Notes: a model not told the origin generated them from the letters alone. Positions 25,250 through 39,624 are shown, counted from the whole stretch's first letter. The stretch: 62,231 nucleotides of DNA, filler included, from Choristocarpus tenellus KU-1152 (GCA_964200185.2; 10 parts of 10 records of this genome joined end to end with filler, not necessarily neighbours in it), one strand, 5' to 3'. Numbers and translations are program-made.

Positions 25250-26880
25250 ATAGGCTACTCATTTTTGTTTCTTGTTGATATGGTACAAAAACTACCAGCT
25301 TGTACTGACTGTTGATTGGTGCACTGCACAGGTCGTTATTGTCCATATATTTATGCGCATCCCAACTTAACATCACGTCGATGACAGTAGATAGAAGGTA
25401 TAGCATCAGTTGATATTCAGTTGATACATTTCACACACAGGAGCATCATAGTACGCGTCATCCAAGTTACTTCGGAACTTGTTCCAAATGCATTCCACTG
25501 TTACCTTCTATTCTTCTTTTCTCTTTGTTGTTGTCTGACATCTCTGTTCTTTTTTTATAATCATAAGACCCCAAATGAAAGTTAACTGTTGGTGATTATT
25601 TTTTCATTGGTTTTCATTGCCCCCACTGAGCGCCTCAAGCTCACTCTGCAATAGTGCCCCTCGCGCACTTGGATATAATACATAGAGAGTTAAAACCATC
25701 TACGGAAACCCTTGCCAGTCAAGGTAACAAGCCTCTTCACAGAGCCTGGACTTCTTTCGTGGAATATCTCATGAAATAACACTGAATTCACATCACATCA
25801 TTCTTGACTGAGAGATCAATTACTTCAGTTACAACAGAACAAATACATGAGTGATTTGCATCACAATCACATCTACTCATACCACAGACTACGTATTCTA
25901 CTCATCGGTACTTTACAACACCATGATTCCTCTTCACTCGTAGTCTACCCATTTCGCTTACATATACAATGCATTCGATTCAGGTTTCTGTTCGTAGATA
26001 GTGCTGCTGATACACTATAGACACCACTGGTGGATTATGTGATAGGGTAGAGAGTCAGTGANNNNNNNNNNCTTAAGATTAGTAAATAAGCAATTCATAG
26101 TAAATTAGTGTGGACGATTACAAACCCCACACTGTAGAATAATAATATGGTAGTTTAGGCTAGTCTCAACCACGAGCTTAGTCAGCGGCATCGAGACCAA
26201 AAAGACCCTTGTAATATTAACCTTACTCATCTACATCAAGCTGCTCTTTGTCCTTCATTAAAGCACCATAAAAGCCGAGGGTCCAGTGTGGGATAGTTCA
26301 ACAGTTTCAACACGTGATCTCTCACGTGTAGTGTCCTTTGACTATGTGGTATTATGAAAGAGAAGCTGTTGTGTTTCAGGTTTTGCTTGATCTACCTAAT
26401 CAATGATTCAAGCACATTGTACCATACCCTATGACATGAGAAATATATATTAAACATTAGAGAGGGCCACTGCCAAACTACGCTAAGTCCTCCGAATGTT
26501 GGCATCCTAATGGCCTCCTGTGTACTTGTCATTACACTCCAGCAGTATACCAATGCTGCAAACGACCCACAAATCATGGATTACAAAGAACAAATGAATA
26601 ATGTCCAATGTTAAAGCACAGGCTACTCATCTGTTTGTTCCTTGATAGGATACAGTTCCACCAGTCGACACCGACACTGTTGACTGGTCTGTTACGCCCT
26701 GGACGTTACTGTCACTAGTTCATCATCACCACCTCAATTACCATCAGAACACCGTAGTACAGAACAGTTGCTATGCGTCTCACACACAGGAGAAGTATGC
26801 GTCACTTGAGTTGCATCACATATTGGTTCAAGCTTGTTCTGTTTTCACTTGTTTTTTCTTTCACACTCTTTCTTCTTCTT
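25250..26880. repeat. Pair of diverged ~270-bp direct repeats (about 25250-25530 and 26620-26880)
   Basis: Shared blocks in the same order: AGGCTACTCAT, TTGATA.G.TACA, ACTGTTGA.TGGT, TCACACACAGGAG, GCGTCA, then a pyrimidine tract. Confidence 0.55.
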
Positions 26881-27332
26881 ATCAGCAGAAGATGATGTGA
26901 GAGTTTATGAAGTAAACTGAGTTTTGTGGGCGGGAGAATTCTGGTTGGCTGGGGGCACAGGATAAGAACGTGGGGAAAAAGAAAAGAAAGAAGTAGGAAG
27001 AGAAGGAATAGATAAGGAAGGAACGAGAGAGTTAATGGAAATGAGTGGTAGGTGAAAGCAAAGGAAAGCAGTCAGAAAAATCAGNNNNNNNNNNNNNNNN
27101 NNNNNNNNNNNNNNNNNNNNNNNNNNNNTTAATTAATTAANNNNNNNNNNNNNNNNNNNNNNNNNNNNNNNNNNNNNNNNNNNNCTTGTTAGAAATTGTC
27201 AATATCCATGTTCCGGACACACCTTTTCATAACGTATACATTTTAGCTACATCTTTGTGGCAATTTTGTTCTCTCCACCATAGAGAAGAGTTGTCCATAG
27301 CCATTCTCTAGTTTGGCAGAGGTTCATCATAC

Positions 27333-27589
27333 GAGTGAGAGTATCTTAGAGGGTACGAGTTTTGCCCTGTTTGTCCATTTGGGGCTTGGTTCCCCATGGA
27401 TTTTTTCATGACATTTTCCTACTCCAAAGTGTTTCAGAGTAGGTAAAATGGGTATGTTATGAAAAGGTGTGTCCGAAACAAGGATGTTGACACTTTCTAA
27501 CAACACGATAGCCAATTTTTAATCAAATCGCAACAATGGATTTCGGCCTCCAAATGGACGCTGTCCTACCGTCTAAGGTACTTTGGCTC
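27333..27589. mobile_element. MITE family A
   Basis: GAG...CTC termini, perfect ATAC TSD; a further internal fragment lies at about 27185-27250. Confidence 0.92.
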
Positions 27590-29183
27590 ATACTGGCCCT
27601 AACTAAGCCCTGTTCAGAAACAAGTCCTTACACTTCTGTGAGGGCATGTCAGATCAGGAATCATAGGTCACACACCCCACTTCAAACCCAGATACATACC
27701 TCATACACATTAGCATCCACACCTTGGACATCAACTGCACCAGGGCAGAAATAGGAATTGAGTTGCAATGTTGGGATGTACTGGGAGGTTATACAAGTCA
27801 CTGGTCTCAGAGTATGGCATGAAAAAAAGCAGAGACCTTTTAGACAAGATATATTAGTCTAGTGAAGCAGATCCTGAGGGCCTCCTGCAAAAGTGGACAT
27901 CCACCACCACTCACCTGCATCCAACCTTTTCCCTTTCCCTGTTCCTCTTGATCCTTCTTGCACATTTCTGGGGGTGGCTTCCCATCCTTCCCCTCATTCA
28001 TCGGTTCATGTCCTGCACCATTCTGACGTTAGCACAGAGCGCAACCCAGACAGGATAGCCATGGGGTAGGAAACATGGAACACAGTTGGCAGTGTGGTTC
28101 GGGAATGAACTACCACAACAAGCAGGGTACCATAGGGATAGAGCACGTATGGGGTGGCAGATACACCTATTGGGGAGGCTGAATAACTGTGAACCATAAA
28201 AACTTGAAAGCAAGTATCAGTCATCAACAACCTTTCCTTCCTTGTCCCAAAGAGTCAAGTCCAACGGTCCTGCCCTCTTTCCCCTCAAATTTTGTTCCTG
28301 CATAGGAATAGCCTACATAGTAGGAATGGAAATGATCACTCTGCAATGTGAGAGTGTACGTTGGGGCAGACTTAAAAGTGTGGGATTCTCAGCTTTGTTC
28401 ATCTCTTTACATACAATGGCCGGTGTGGGTCGAGCACTTACTCCTTCCCCCAAGGGCTAATTGCTGTCCCCATCCCATCTCTGAGCCAATGCCCAGTCAC
28501 TGACTTATCACAGGTCAATTTCTTCCTGCCCTTTTAGGCCCTGAAAATCGCCCAAACTCTGTTTCCAACAATCTCGAGTTACCACACCCTCCTTGGCTCA
28601 TTTCCACCCTGTAAAACACTCTCCAAACAAGCTGTGTAACTCATCTGTTCATCCTCTAAGCCCTGGACATGCCTCCTCAGTTGCCTTGCTAGCGCATTTT
28701 TCATGTTTCCAACAGTAGTCTGATGGGGCAGGTAAGGCATCACCAAGGGTGTAGAGAAGGGTCTATTCTTGGGGAAGGCTCCTGAAGAGCAGCCGGATAC
28801 ACCCTTGTACGTTCTTCTAGCATATTTGTTGACTACCTCCTTATGATGTATCACCTTTTAATCAAAAGTCATGAAGTGGACCAACAGGCAAATGCCAGAA
28901 CATGAAACATTGAATATATATTGATCTTCTCCATGCAATCTGCATTTGACTCCCGGGTTAAAGTGTACTCATGAGCCATATTATGGACTTGCACAGTCGG
29001 GCATTTAACAATCAATGGGTACTACTTGTATACCCGTCACTATAGGTATGAATGAGTTTGTAACACTTCTTGCAGGGACGCTTCCTATCATTGTCGACCC
29101 CCTAGTCCCCAACTCTTGTGTATAGATCTGCATACCTTGTATACTTACGCAAAAAACTGCCATATGTGCCATGATATTTCATA

Positions 29184-30169
29184 CTTTCTCCGTTCGGCAT
29201 TAAACGTAACATAGGTTTTGCAGTCCCAATGACAAAGGAATTTTTTTATTCACATATTCATATTTTATGGGCGTATTGAGCAGACACTAAATGGATGCCC
29301 AACAAAAATCTCGGTCAAAATGGGACGGTCTACGCCTATCTATGATTCCGCCCCCAAAGCCCTCCAAAACTCCATTCCAGCATGGTATTTTACCACATTC
29401 ACCGGGGCATTCAGAGGGAGCTTGCTCGCCCTCACAGCTTTTTCCTTGCTAAGATGTGAACTTTGAAGAAGATATTATCACCCTTGGACCCCAGCACTTC
29501 ATTGTATACTGCGAAGAGACTCTGCCAGACGTGCTCTAGTGTCTCCCAGGGGTACACATTGAATGCCTCCGTTGTGGCCGCCACCAGCTCTTCGGCGTTG
29601 GTGACCCCCTAGTCTTCCTTCAGTTGCTGGATGGAATGAAAGAATCCCAGGTTGTTCACGTTGAGGTTAGGTGAGTTGGCCGGCTGGGTCTCTATCACAA
29701 TGTCGCCCCTTGCTGCCTCCTCAATTGCCTCAATGATCCCCCCCTTGGCGTGTGGCTTTACCCCATCCTGCTGCACCAAGATGGTGTGTCCCCCTGGCCT
29801 AGGCATGCAGACCTTGATTGCTGGGATGACATCCTCGATCATGGGCTCCTTATACCTCTCCCCATCCACCGACTGTGGCACAAGCACCTTGGCGCCCTTG
29901 GGGCAGTGTTTGCTGGAGTGCTGAGCGACCTTAGTGTCCACAATTGGTCAGATCCCCATCTTACCATCAAACCTCACCTTGTTGGAGACCTTCCTAGCGT
30001 TGGCCACAGATGTAAGGAATATCATCTTCAAAATGTAACACTTATTCTGTGCGCCTATGGGGGTTTGGGGGGGTCATTGATGGGGTGCAGGTACACACCT
30101 TGCCCATCTTTGAGGATGTAAAACCACTTCTCGTCCACATACACCCAGTCATATAGATCATCCACTAAT
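29184..30169 (-). mobile_element. Decayed Tc1/mariner element of the plant/oomycete mariner (Soymar/Stowaway-related) group, 3' part
   Basis: Minus strand WVYVDEKWFY, LVQQDGVKPH, QPANSPNLNVNNLGFF (Asp to Asn at conserved sites), with stops and frameshifts. Terminus TA|CTTTCTCCGTTC at 29182 resembles the TA|CTCCCTCCGT consensus. Confidence 0.9.
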
Positions 30170-30791
30170 NNNNNNNNNNNNNNNNNNNNNNNNNNNNNNN
30201 NNNNNNNNNNNNNTTAATTAATTAANNNNNNNNNNNNNNNNNNNNNNNNNNNNNNNNNNNNNNNNNNNNCAAATGGACACCCTAGTGTATACCCCCCTCC
30301 CCCTCCCAGGTACTTTGGGTCAAAGCCTTCTGGTAGAACCGTTGGCAGTGGAAACAACACCCATTGGATAAAGATGGGCTTGATCCTAGTTAACAGGACA
30401 TCAGGGCAGACAGGAGACATGGTATTAGATAGGGCAGAAGATGAAGTGCTTTTGTCCCCTTTATCCCCTCACTGTGATTCGGACAAGCGTGTATTTCAAA
30501 TGTTAGTACGAGCAGCTAAGTGACCAAATACCATACTGTAAAATTCCCCCATCTCAGATCAATCAAGTCCAACACCTTGCACGTATCAGAAGACAAACAA
30601 GTCTGGAGAAAGGTCAAATGAGATTCAGCTGGTGGTCAAGGCTCAGATGGAAGATTAGGAGGCTTTATCAATGGTCTGTAGTGGCCTTTGGCACAGTCAT
30701 CCATTATCACACCTGGGTGGGTATCATTATGCCATCGAAGAGTCTTCTCCTGTATACCCCTCTTCAGGTGCTAACTCTCAGGGAGGCGTTG

Positions 30792-30972
30792 TGGCTCAAA
30801 GTATCTGGGGGTGTGTAGCGGCTGTCCATTTGGGGTCAATTTTTACATGGCACAATTTTGGGGTGATTTGGTTGCATACATCAGATGGATAATGTAAACG
30901 CACTTTTCCTTATTCTGACCCAAATGGACACCCTGGTGTAGACCCCTTCCCCCCCCCAAAATACTTAGACTC
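30792..30972. mobile_element. MITE family B (opposite orientation); another partial copy at 30270-30321
   Basis: Reverse complement of 4728-4909. Confidence 0.8.
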
Positions 30973-33900
30973 TTATTGTGTGCTCTTTTGTGATATTGTC
31001 TACCGTCCTAAGGAGCACTCTGGAGGATTGCTTGTACTACATGCAGCCCACTCTACTTACGGCAGAATCCACCATAACATTTTTTTTTCTCGTTGCCATT
31101 CTAAATTTCTTGTGCTTTTGAACGGGCAGCTTTTGATGCTGAACTTAGCCCACGCTAATGTGGTTCTTATGGTTCAAGCCGTGTTCTACGGAACCAGTCC
31201 CAATTCATTGTCTGTTAAAGCTATTATTGTGTTGACCAGGTGAGAATATATGGGTATATCTGGGATGTGGAAAAACATTGTTCATTGTATAGCTTTCATG
31301 GATTTTTCGAAATTGCAGCCTCACATGAGGTGTGACGAGGAAGATGAGTGCTGATCGAACACAAAATGGTTTGTTCACAGGGTCAAAGAGAACTTATTCT
31401 CAAGGGGGACTTGGTGGAATTATAGGGATCTCACCTATAATCCACACTTAGAAGCATACAGGCATAGAGAGGACTAGGTCCATGACTGACACCTACACCA
31501 ATATAAGTTGGCCTCTCCTGTCAAACAATCCACACCAAGTGATGCAGCACCTCTACTCTTTCTCCCTTCGGCCCTTTACACCAATACTACATCGAGCATC
31601 ACTCATGCACCGATGAAAATTTAGCACGGGTACATGGAAATAGATTTTAGCCTATTTGAATCATAAGGCCTTTTCAATCCTTTATCTGACCACCCATTTC
31701 TCTGCTGAAAATGTGTGTTGTAAGTTCTATTTAGTGTTGCTGTGGCTACGGCAGATGAGACCCTTTGTCATCACCATGGGTATGAGGGTGGAGGAATGTA
31801 CATATGATTGAAAAAACGAACAGAAGCCTCTCCCATATCTTGACTCACAATGTTCTAGTTGTATCAGCAAAGATGATTGAGACAACCTTTCTCAACAATA
31901 TGCCTGCTACGCTTCTGGCAGTTCCATGGCAACAATCCCCAGTTCCATTGTTTTGCCATACCTGTTCCACATGGTAATGGTACCACCCAAGTCAGTCACC
32001 TCAAGCCTAGAAAAGGTCATCACAAAGGACGCCAAGGGGTTAGTTTCGGCATCAAACCGAGTCAGGTAAGAAATTGTACAGAAACATCAGGCAGGCATCT
32101 TTGGAACCCCTGCACTTTGCCTGAAGTTTTGAGATAAGCCTTAATCATAGCCATTGTCTCCTACATTTTTTTCTTGCATCTTATGCCTTAGAAATTCATT
32201 TTTGGGCATTTCCCTCGAAATTTATCAATGGACAAGAATGAAGCTGTCGGGATGTCTATACCTCACATTTTCTCCTCCTGTTCATAATTATGCAAGGAGG
32301 GCAATGTGATCAGTTTCAGAAAAATTTGGGTAGTGGGATGGAACGACAAAGAAGAGACCGCGTATGTATATTATTGGTATTGTTGGCGTACTTTGTGAAT
32401 AACGTCTCTATACTGGTATGAGTAGCTAATGTATCTGGGATTGGCCGATCATAACGTTTGATGTATACATCGGATCAAAAAAAGAAACGGATATTCGTGA
32501 TGCCCGTCACAAGGCCCTCCAGAGTAGGGGTTTCTTTTTTGTTTCTATTATTTGTTATCTTAAAGGAAAAGTGCTCGTAGTGGGTTTAGAACCCTGGATC
32601 GCAGGTCCCCAAGAGTGGCGACAGATGTACTATTTCTTGATTAAAGTATACCAACGGTACAGGTGTACCACTACGTGACGTTGAGGATGTTTTGGTCCAC
32701 TATTACTTGGTTCAAGTATATTTTACTATTGTGACTGTACAGCTTTGCTATGTCTGACTTACACAGCGTGTGGGACGTCAAACGAAAGACAAATCTGTGT
32801 TTTGACAAGCTGCAATGAGGAGCACAGGGTGCATCCACTGTACGAGCGGTTGCTGAGATGAACAAGTTTGATTTGTTTTCCTAGCTGACCCAGAGCTCCG
32901 CTGACGTGTGTTGCGCATGTTGAGGATGACAGTTCGAAGAATACAACAGCAACTTGGTTGGGCGGGGAAAAAAGCAAGCCAAACGAACGACCCAGGGAAT
33001 GAATGCCCAACGTAAATTTAAATCTTGTCTCCATTTGCCGACAGGAATTCCGAAGGTGCCGGGCACCTATGAGACTTGTACTTCTCATACTCCTTATCGG
33101 CTTCCGGTCCAGAGGCAGCCATCTTGAAGTAGATAAGATAGTGCGTGTATGCCTTCTTTCAGTACTTCTGTACGAGCGGTCTGCAAATAGTCTCAATATC
33201 ACCTCCTCTTCTTCCCTAGCGTCCTCATCAATGGCTACCTCCACTTCTCTCTTCACCAAACTTCCCTTTGGCACCCTGGCTCTTCCTCCGCCCGCCATGA
33301 CCAGGCTTCCCCACAGACTTTGTCCCCTTACATCTTGGTGATGAACTCGCCACTCTCTTCCTGCTTTCCTGAGACGGCAGAAACTGCGGAGCAGTGCTCC
33401 GCAGCGGTTGAAAATCCAAGTTTTTGTGTTAATACTTTCCATGCATCTTCTCTCAGTGTCAGTGTTGCAGCCGCGTGGCCCATTGCGCGATTTGATCATG
33501 CTCCTGCGCCACAGTACACACACTTTCTCGTCACCTAACATCGCAATGAGTGTCACATGGTACTCATTTTTTTGACGCCTTTTGACAAACAAGATGCTGA
33601 GGTTAGACTCAGGGGGCAGAGTGGCTTCGGCAGCTCTCCTTGTCTCACCGTTGTGGTTCACGTTGCTGTGTGGGTCTCCCGTGTGTGTGCTCACAGCCTG
33701 TCTGCAAATGGCGTTAAAAAGATGTCCGCAAATCTTGCTTTTGGTCGGTGTTGCCACCAGTGCCATCCTTGGCCAACGAACTAACCCGCATCAGTTTTTC
33801 GTGGGGAGTTTAGCCAGCCTCTTCATTTTTGTACCTTTTGAAGTTCTAACCGTCGAAGCTGCACTGGAAGTGTTCCTCCGCGTTTTGGCCATTATTTGAC

Positions 33901-34456
33901 AAGACATAGCTGCCATTCACGGAAGTTTGTACATTTATGCATACAAACCTCCAAAAAAAGCTCTTGTCATGAGCTTTCATTTGATACATATTGTTGTATA
34001 ATTCTTATGGCATAACAGTGAAGAAAAGAAAGATTGCTCCAGGACGCTAAGCTCTTGGTAGCACCTTACTACCTTCACCCCCCCCACCTATCCCATTGGC
34101 CTGTGGTCAGATGATAGTGCACACTGCACTATTTTTTCTATCTTACGAGCTACAACGTTTTGCATTGTCCCGTGTATACCTTGATTTTTTCTCGCACTTT
34201 CGGGTTCAGCTGTCCCCACCCCTCTTCGCTCGGCCTCCTCCCTCGAATATGGTGCACACTCCCTTCCATCCGCAACAATTTTTCATCGTCACAATCCAGA
34301 TCTTTCCGCAAGTACCTTTGTGGTTTTTACCCAAGATGGTAAAGTACAAGCGTGCCCCCCCAGTCCACTTGCCGCCTTATTCATCGAAGTTCATTTTCAT
34401 GTGAATAATATCTGTCCTCCGCAACTGGGGATTGAACTCGGGCATTTGTTGTAAGA

Positions 34457-34711
34457 AAGTGAAAGTATCTTAGAGGATACGAGTTTTGCCATGTTTGTCC
34501 ATTTGGGGCTTGGCTTCCCTTGGGGTTATGACATTTTCCTAATCCAAAATATTTCGGAGTAGGTAAAATATGTATGTTATGAAAGGTGTGTCCGGAACTA
34601 GGATATTCACACTTTCCTAACAAACACAATAGCCAAAATTACATCAAAATTGCAACATTGGATTTTGGTCCCCAGATGGACGCAGCTCTACCCTGTAAGA
34701 TACTTTGGCTC
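34457..34711. mobile_element. MITE family A
   Basis: Full-length with both TIRs; no matching TSD. Confidence 0.88.
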
Positions 34712-35437
34712 AGTGTGATCGGAAAACCACCTAAACTACATGGATACTCAAATGGATCGAGTTTCCATGATACCATTTATCGGAGGAACAAGGTTTCGAC
34801 TTTGGGGAACCTGTTGAGACATAATAGGATTGTTTCTATAGATTCTATGCATATTGTATTGTTCTCTTTATGCTCTAAAATACAGAATATTCCATGGTGG
34901 GTTGAAGTTGTCAAGATGCTGAAAAGACGACCCAGGGCATTAGCTAGGGAGTCACTGTAGATCAGCATACAGACCAAGCAAACAGTTTGAATAGCGAGGT
35001 CTTTTTCAGATAGAGAGTATCAGAAATTGGAAAAGGAGTGGTTAGTGGTGGTGCTGAAACCTACTGTAAAGATCGGATCATCCAAGCACTTCTGTTGAAA
35101 CTCACTTGTACACACAAGAAACACTCTCAGAAGCAGGGAAAATTATATGTGGATGGCAAGAACAACGTTGCCTCCTGTTTTGGTGGATAGTACCAAGTGA
35201 CTGAATATTGTGAAACTATGGACTTACTTACGTCTGATAGCTTGATAGGATAGTGCCAAAATTCTCACGGAATTTGAAATAAAATTGTCATAAATATTTG
35301 TGGTAACAAGATATATTACACAGAAATTGCGCTACAACAATGGTGACATAGTCAAGTGAGATAGATCTTCATCAGCAGGCTCTCAACAAAATTGTTTCAT
35401 CCTGTACTGCATCAAACTGGGTGGGTACAGATCAGCA

Positions 35438-38280
35438 ATGAGTCTGTGGAACGGCTTGGAGAGCCTCCTCTTGCATATAACAAGAGCACTCAAGGCCTTA
35501 ATGGACCAGAGACAGGGAAAGACAAAGTCATCACGCACCTTGGAGAGGTGCGTCATTGTGTCATTGTGAGGAAAATAAGAATGGAAATCTGCTTCTGAGC
35601 TATGTGAAGTACTTGAAATGTTCCAAAATATGACTGGGAAGAAGAACAAGGATCAGATGAGAGTTGAGGAAAGGTAAGGGGGATAGGTGAAGGGACAAAC
35701 ATTGTATCAATTGAAAGGGGTTGCTTTGGTGGCGCCAACGCACTTAAGCCTTGCAATCTTATTCATTGGGCATCTGGTATCTGCGGACAGTGACATTATC
35801 TCTCAAGAATTTAATTCTCCATTGTGTCATGCAGGAGCTTGATGGCATCGGCAGCTGTTTTACTGGTCATCGACTTGAGTTGCATCTTCTTCTTGGCAGC
35901 GTTATTCCTGAAAGGTCACATCCAGAGCATGGCAGCAACAATGCCAATCGCCATGATCATGGGAAGCTTCCTGATGTCACTTCTCATTCTTGGTGAGTAA
36001 CTGAACTAGGGATCAGCCGATTTTTGCATACAGTTCACGTATGGGAGTCACTTCCTATAGCATATACTCCAGAGTAGAAAGGACATATATATATACACAC
36101 GTTTCTAACACAATCTGGGTATAGTTTGGTTTTAAAACGTTCGCAGCATCTTGTTCCTCTCACCTCGACTCCAGATAAGCTGTCCATCAATGAATACGTT
36201 TTTTATGGTGGCGTGGGTATTACAACATGAGCACAAGTTTCCGTTTGGGAAGGGTATGTACTACAAACCTGAAACCACCAAAAATCATAAACTTCCATTA
36301 GGCTTAGGGCTGCTGCATCTTGACTTAAGCATCGGTTCATCTGTCTGTGGGGCGTTCAATAATTGAGCCTTGAACTTCTGCTTGCCAATGTATTGGGGGT
36401 GTGTATTGTTGATTGATCATGCGATGCTCACTCGCAGTCATTAGAGATATCGACTTTTGTTTTGTAGTAACACTTTTAACACTTTGGTCTATGGACAGCT
36501 CCGCAGACTGGGTTAAATAGAGCGATCTAACTCCGTACAAAATGTGCAACGAGCATCAGAACATAGCATAAAATCGTTTATGCTTTGCACTGTCTGTAGA
36601 GTTTACTGCCTCCAGATATAATGTGAAAGCAAACTCGAACCAATAATGAATACATTTCCCATTCTTGCACTCCTAAAACTGATATCGGTTGCATGAAAAA
36701 GAAAACTTTCATCGCCTAATCTATGCCATAACCCCCGCTCCCATTGTTCCCTTTGTCCCTGTCAATGGTAGACATTATTCTCAAACATCAAAAAGAGCGT
36801 CATTGTCTAATCAATCCCAAAGTAGTAGTATGTCTTGTTTGCATTCGGGGGACAACAGTCCTCCTGCAACTGGGATTCTCTCTGGCGCTCAGACCACCCA
36901 TCAGTTGGAGAACTCTTGAAGGAATTTCCATGCTTGTGGTCACCATCTGCTCGCTGACTAAGCTAGGGGTGTCAATTGTGGTGAGCGTGTACATACTGCA
37001 ACCTTACTCTGGGTGGTGCTTGATACTCCAGACTACTTTTGCTTGGAAGTACACTATTGAAATACTGTCCTCTTAGCTGCTGCCAAATCAAGTTCAAGGT
37101 TTTATGTCAAAGGTGATGTACTCCCATAACATGGAATGGTGATTCCCACAGTCTTCTGAACGACAATCCCTTGGCGAATTGTGGGTAAGAACATGTGTAT
37201 TAGTTGGTGTTTGCAGCATTTTTCTGCTCGACTACTTTTTGGAGCTATTTCTTCTTCTTTGTGGTTTCTGCGCCCTAAAAAATGTTTTTGTAGTCACAGC
37301 AACTATCTCCTCCTCCTTGCATGCTTTCGCTCTGCGGCTGATGAAACTCAGATGGAGGCAACCCCACTGGTTCATGCCATGAACAAGAACAGGCTGTTTA
37401 AGGTGAGAAGATTATTGTAAATCCTGCTGTCCTAAACTAAGCAAGAGTATTAACAGTTTACTTTGTTATGGACTTACATAAATCCTCAACAAAAAATCAC
37501 AAGTATATTGTTTGAGAACAGTCAATGCAGATTGACACTCCTGTCCGAAGCTGAACTGAAATAGTAGAAAAATCGTAAGAAATTGCTAAAATAGTATCAT
37601 GTGAAAATCGTCTGTATGAAAGGTGCCATGTAGAGTGTTGGCAGTGCTGGTAAAAAGATATACCCTATTTCTTACAGTGGCTGATGCTGTGTTTTCTGCT
37701 TGTGCCAACCCGGATAAGATTTAACCTGCACACTGGTGAACATTTAATGTCAACGAGCATCTTCTTGAGGTCCTGAGAGATCACAGAAAGAATGCATCTC
37801 ACTGATTATAGGAACCACTGACACCTTCGTGTTGTAATTCATGGACACAGATAAGGTTTGCAAGGATCTACCACAGTGAAACGGGGTTGCAATCCCTGTC
37901 GCACATTGAGTTTGACAAGGCAGCGCAAAAGATCCAAAGGTTATTTCGCAAGAGGAGGGCAGACAAGAGGTGAAGTAGCAGTGTTGTGTTAGTAGTGCCA
38001 AAAAAAGGGCATCTGATGCCCTGAACCATCACCTAAACATTAATTTGGGGCTTGGGCAATGTTGGGTCAGGATGCCTTGGTGACTTCTTAATGAGGTGAG
38101 ATCAGAAGCAATGGCCACATGAAGTGAAGGCACAGGCATGTTTCTGTCCTCCTGTTGATCACAAGAAGTTGAAGGACTATATTCTTGTACATCTCTCGAA
38201 TCTTGTATACAGACCCTCTTGTAGACAAAAGACTTTAGTGATTCTTTTCTCCAACTTGTGTTCACTGCTGGTCTCAACAG
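35438..38280 (+). CDS. Multi-pass membrane protein of unknown family (partial model)
   Basis: Five phase-consistent exons: 35438-35547, 35835-35992, 36772-36980, 37352-37402, 38166-38280. Hydrophobic segments include AAVLLVIDLSCIFFLAALFL, PIAMIMGSFLMSLLIL, GISMLVVTICSLTKLGVSIV. A possible sixth exon starts at 42249. Confidence 0.6.
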
Positions 38281-38472
38281 GTTTGCTCGTCACTGTGAAT
38301 ATATGCATTGGAAGCGGAGTATGGAGGTTGGCAAGACACGAGGATATATGTTGATTTTGGTCTATGGATGGCTGATAATTTTTGTGATTTTGACCTTCTA
38401 CATCAATCTATGCTACACAGCCACTTTTGATCAACCAACAACCAGGTGATGTACCCGTTTTGATCTATTATA

Positions 38473-38730
38473 GAATGAAAATATCTTAGAGGGTAGGAGT
38501 TTTGCACTGTTTGTCCATTTAGAGCTTGGCTTCCCACGGGTTTTTTATGACATTTTCCTACTCCACATTGTTTAGGAGTAGGAAAAATTTATACGTTATG
38601 AAAAGGTGTGTCCGAAACATAGATATTGACACTTGCTAACAAACACGATACCCAAAATTATATCAAAATCGCAACAATGGACTTTGGCCCCCAAATGGAC
38701 GCTGCTCTACCCTTTAAGATACTTGGGCTT
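38473..38730. mobile_element. MITE family A
   Basis: Full-length match with degenerate termini. Confidence 0.88.
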
Positions 38731-38793
38731 TAATACCTCCTGTTCTACGCAGTTTGAACTCTGGAACTCAATGCGCTGGCACCATCACTTACC

Positions 38794-39052
38794 GACCCAA
38801 AGCATTTAAGAGGGTAGGAGTTTTGCACTGTTTGTCTGTTTGGGGCTTGGCTTCCCTCATGCCCGTTTTCGGTTTCTATGTGAACACAGTTACCTACTCC
38901 GAAACATTTGGGAGCACGACTATGAAAGGTTTGTTTAGAGGAAGGATATTGACTCTTGCTAACAAACACGATAGGCAAAATTCATTAAAATAGCAACATT
39001 GGAATCACGACCCCGAACGGATGCAGCCCTACCCTCTTAAATGCTTTAGGTC
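38794..39052. mobile_element. MITE family A, divergent subfamily (GAC...GTC ends)
   Basis: GACCCAAAGCATTTAAGAGGGTAG ... CTACCCTCTTAAATGCTTTAGGTC. Confidence 0.85.
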
Positions 39053-39366
39053 ACTATTGTTTGAGAGCTTCAACCTTGACTAAAAATTACGGAGTAAAAA
39101 TGCTGGTATGTGTTCACAGTTTTAGCCTGTAGGAAGTCACTCCAACTGTATGTCCTGACAAAATCCAACAAACCAACTGTTTATGTGCAAACAGGAGCTG
39201 GCTCCTAACCTGTGGTACTAGTATAGCAATCGACATGCTATTTCGAAAGCCCATGGTCATCATCATCAAGGCATCAATTGGGACTATTCGCATGTCCGCC
39301 TTACTACCATCCACAAACATGGGGGTACGACATTGAAGCTGAAAAAACAGACAGGAGAATGAATAC

Positions 39367-39624
39367 GAGTGAAAGTATCTTAGAGGGTACAAGTTTTCCC
39401 ATATTTGTCCATTTGCGGTTTGGCTTTCCACGGTTTTTTTATAACTTTTTCCTACCCCAAAATGTTCCGGAGTAGGTAAAATGTGTATGATACTAAAAGG
39501 TGTGTCCAGAATAAGGATATCGACAAATCTTAAAAAACACGATAGCCAAAATTAAATCAAAATCACAACTTTGGATTTTGATCCCCAAATGGACGCAGCT
39601 CTACCCTCTCAGATACTTTGACTT
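39367..39624. mobile_element. MITE family A
   Basis: Both TIRs; flanks ATAC/ATAT. Confidence 0.9.

Noticed and set aside
27900-28860. Coding-like minus-strand stretch next to the mariner
   Set aside because: Multiple stops in every frame checked and no identifiable motif.
32759-33766. 335-aa ORF, the longest in the track
   Set aside because: No recognisable domain in any frame I translated, no clear splice context, and stops in the adjacent frames. It may be a decayed element but cannot be called.
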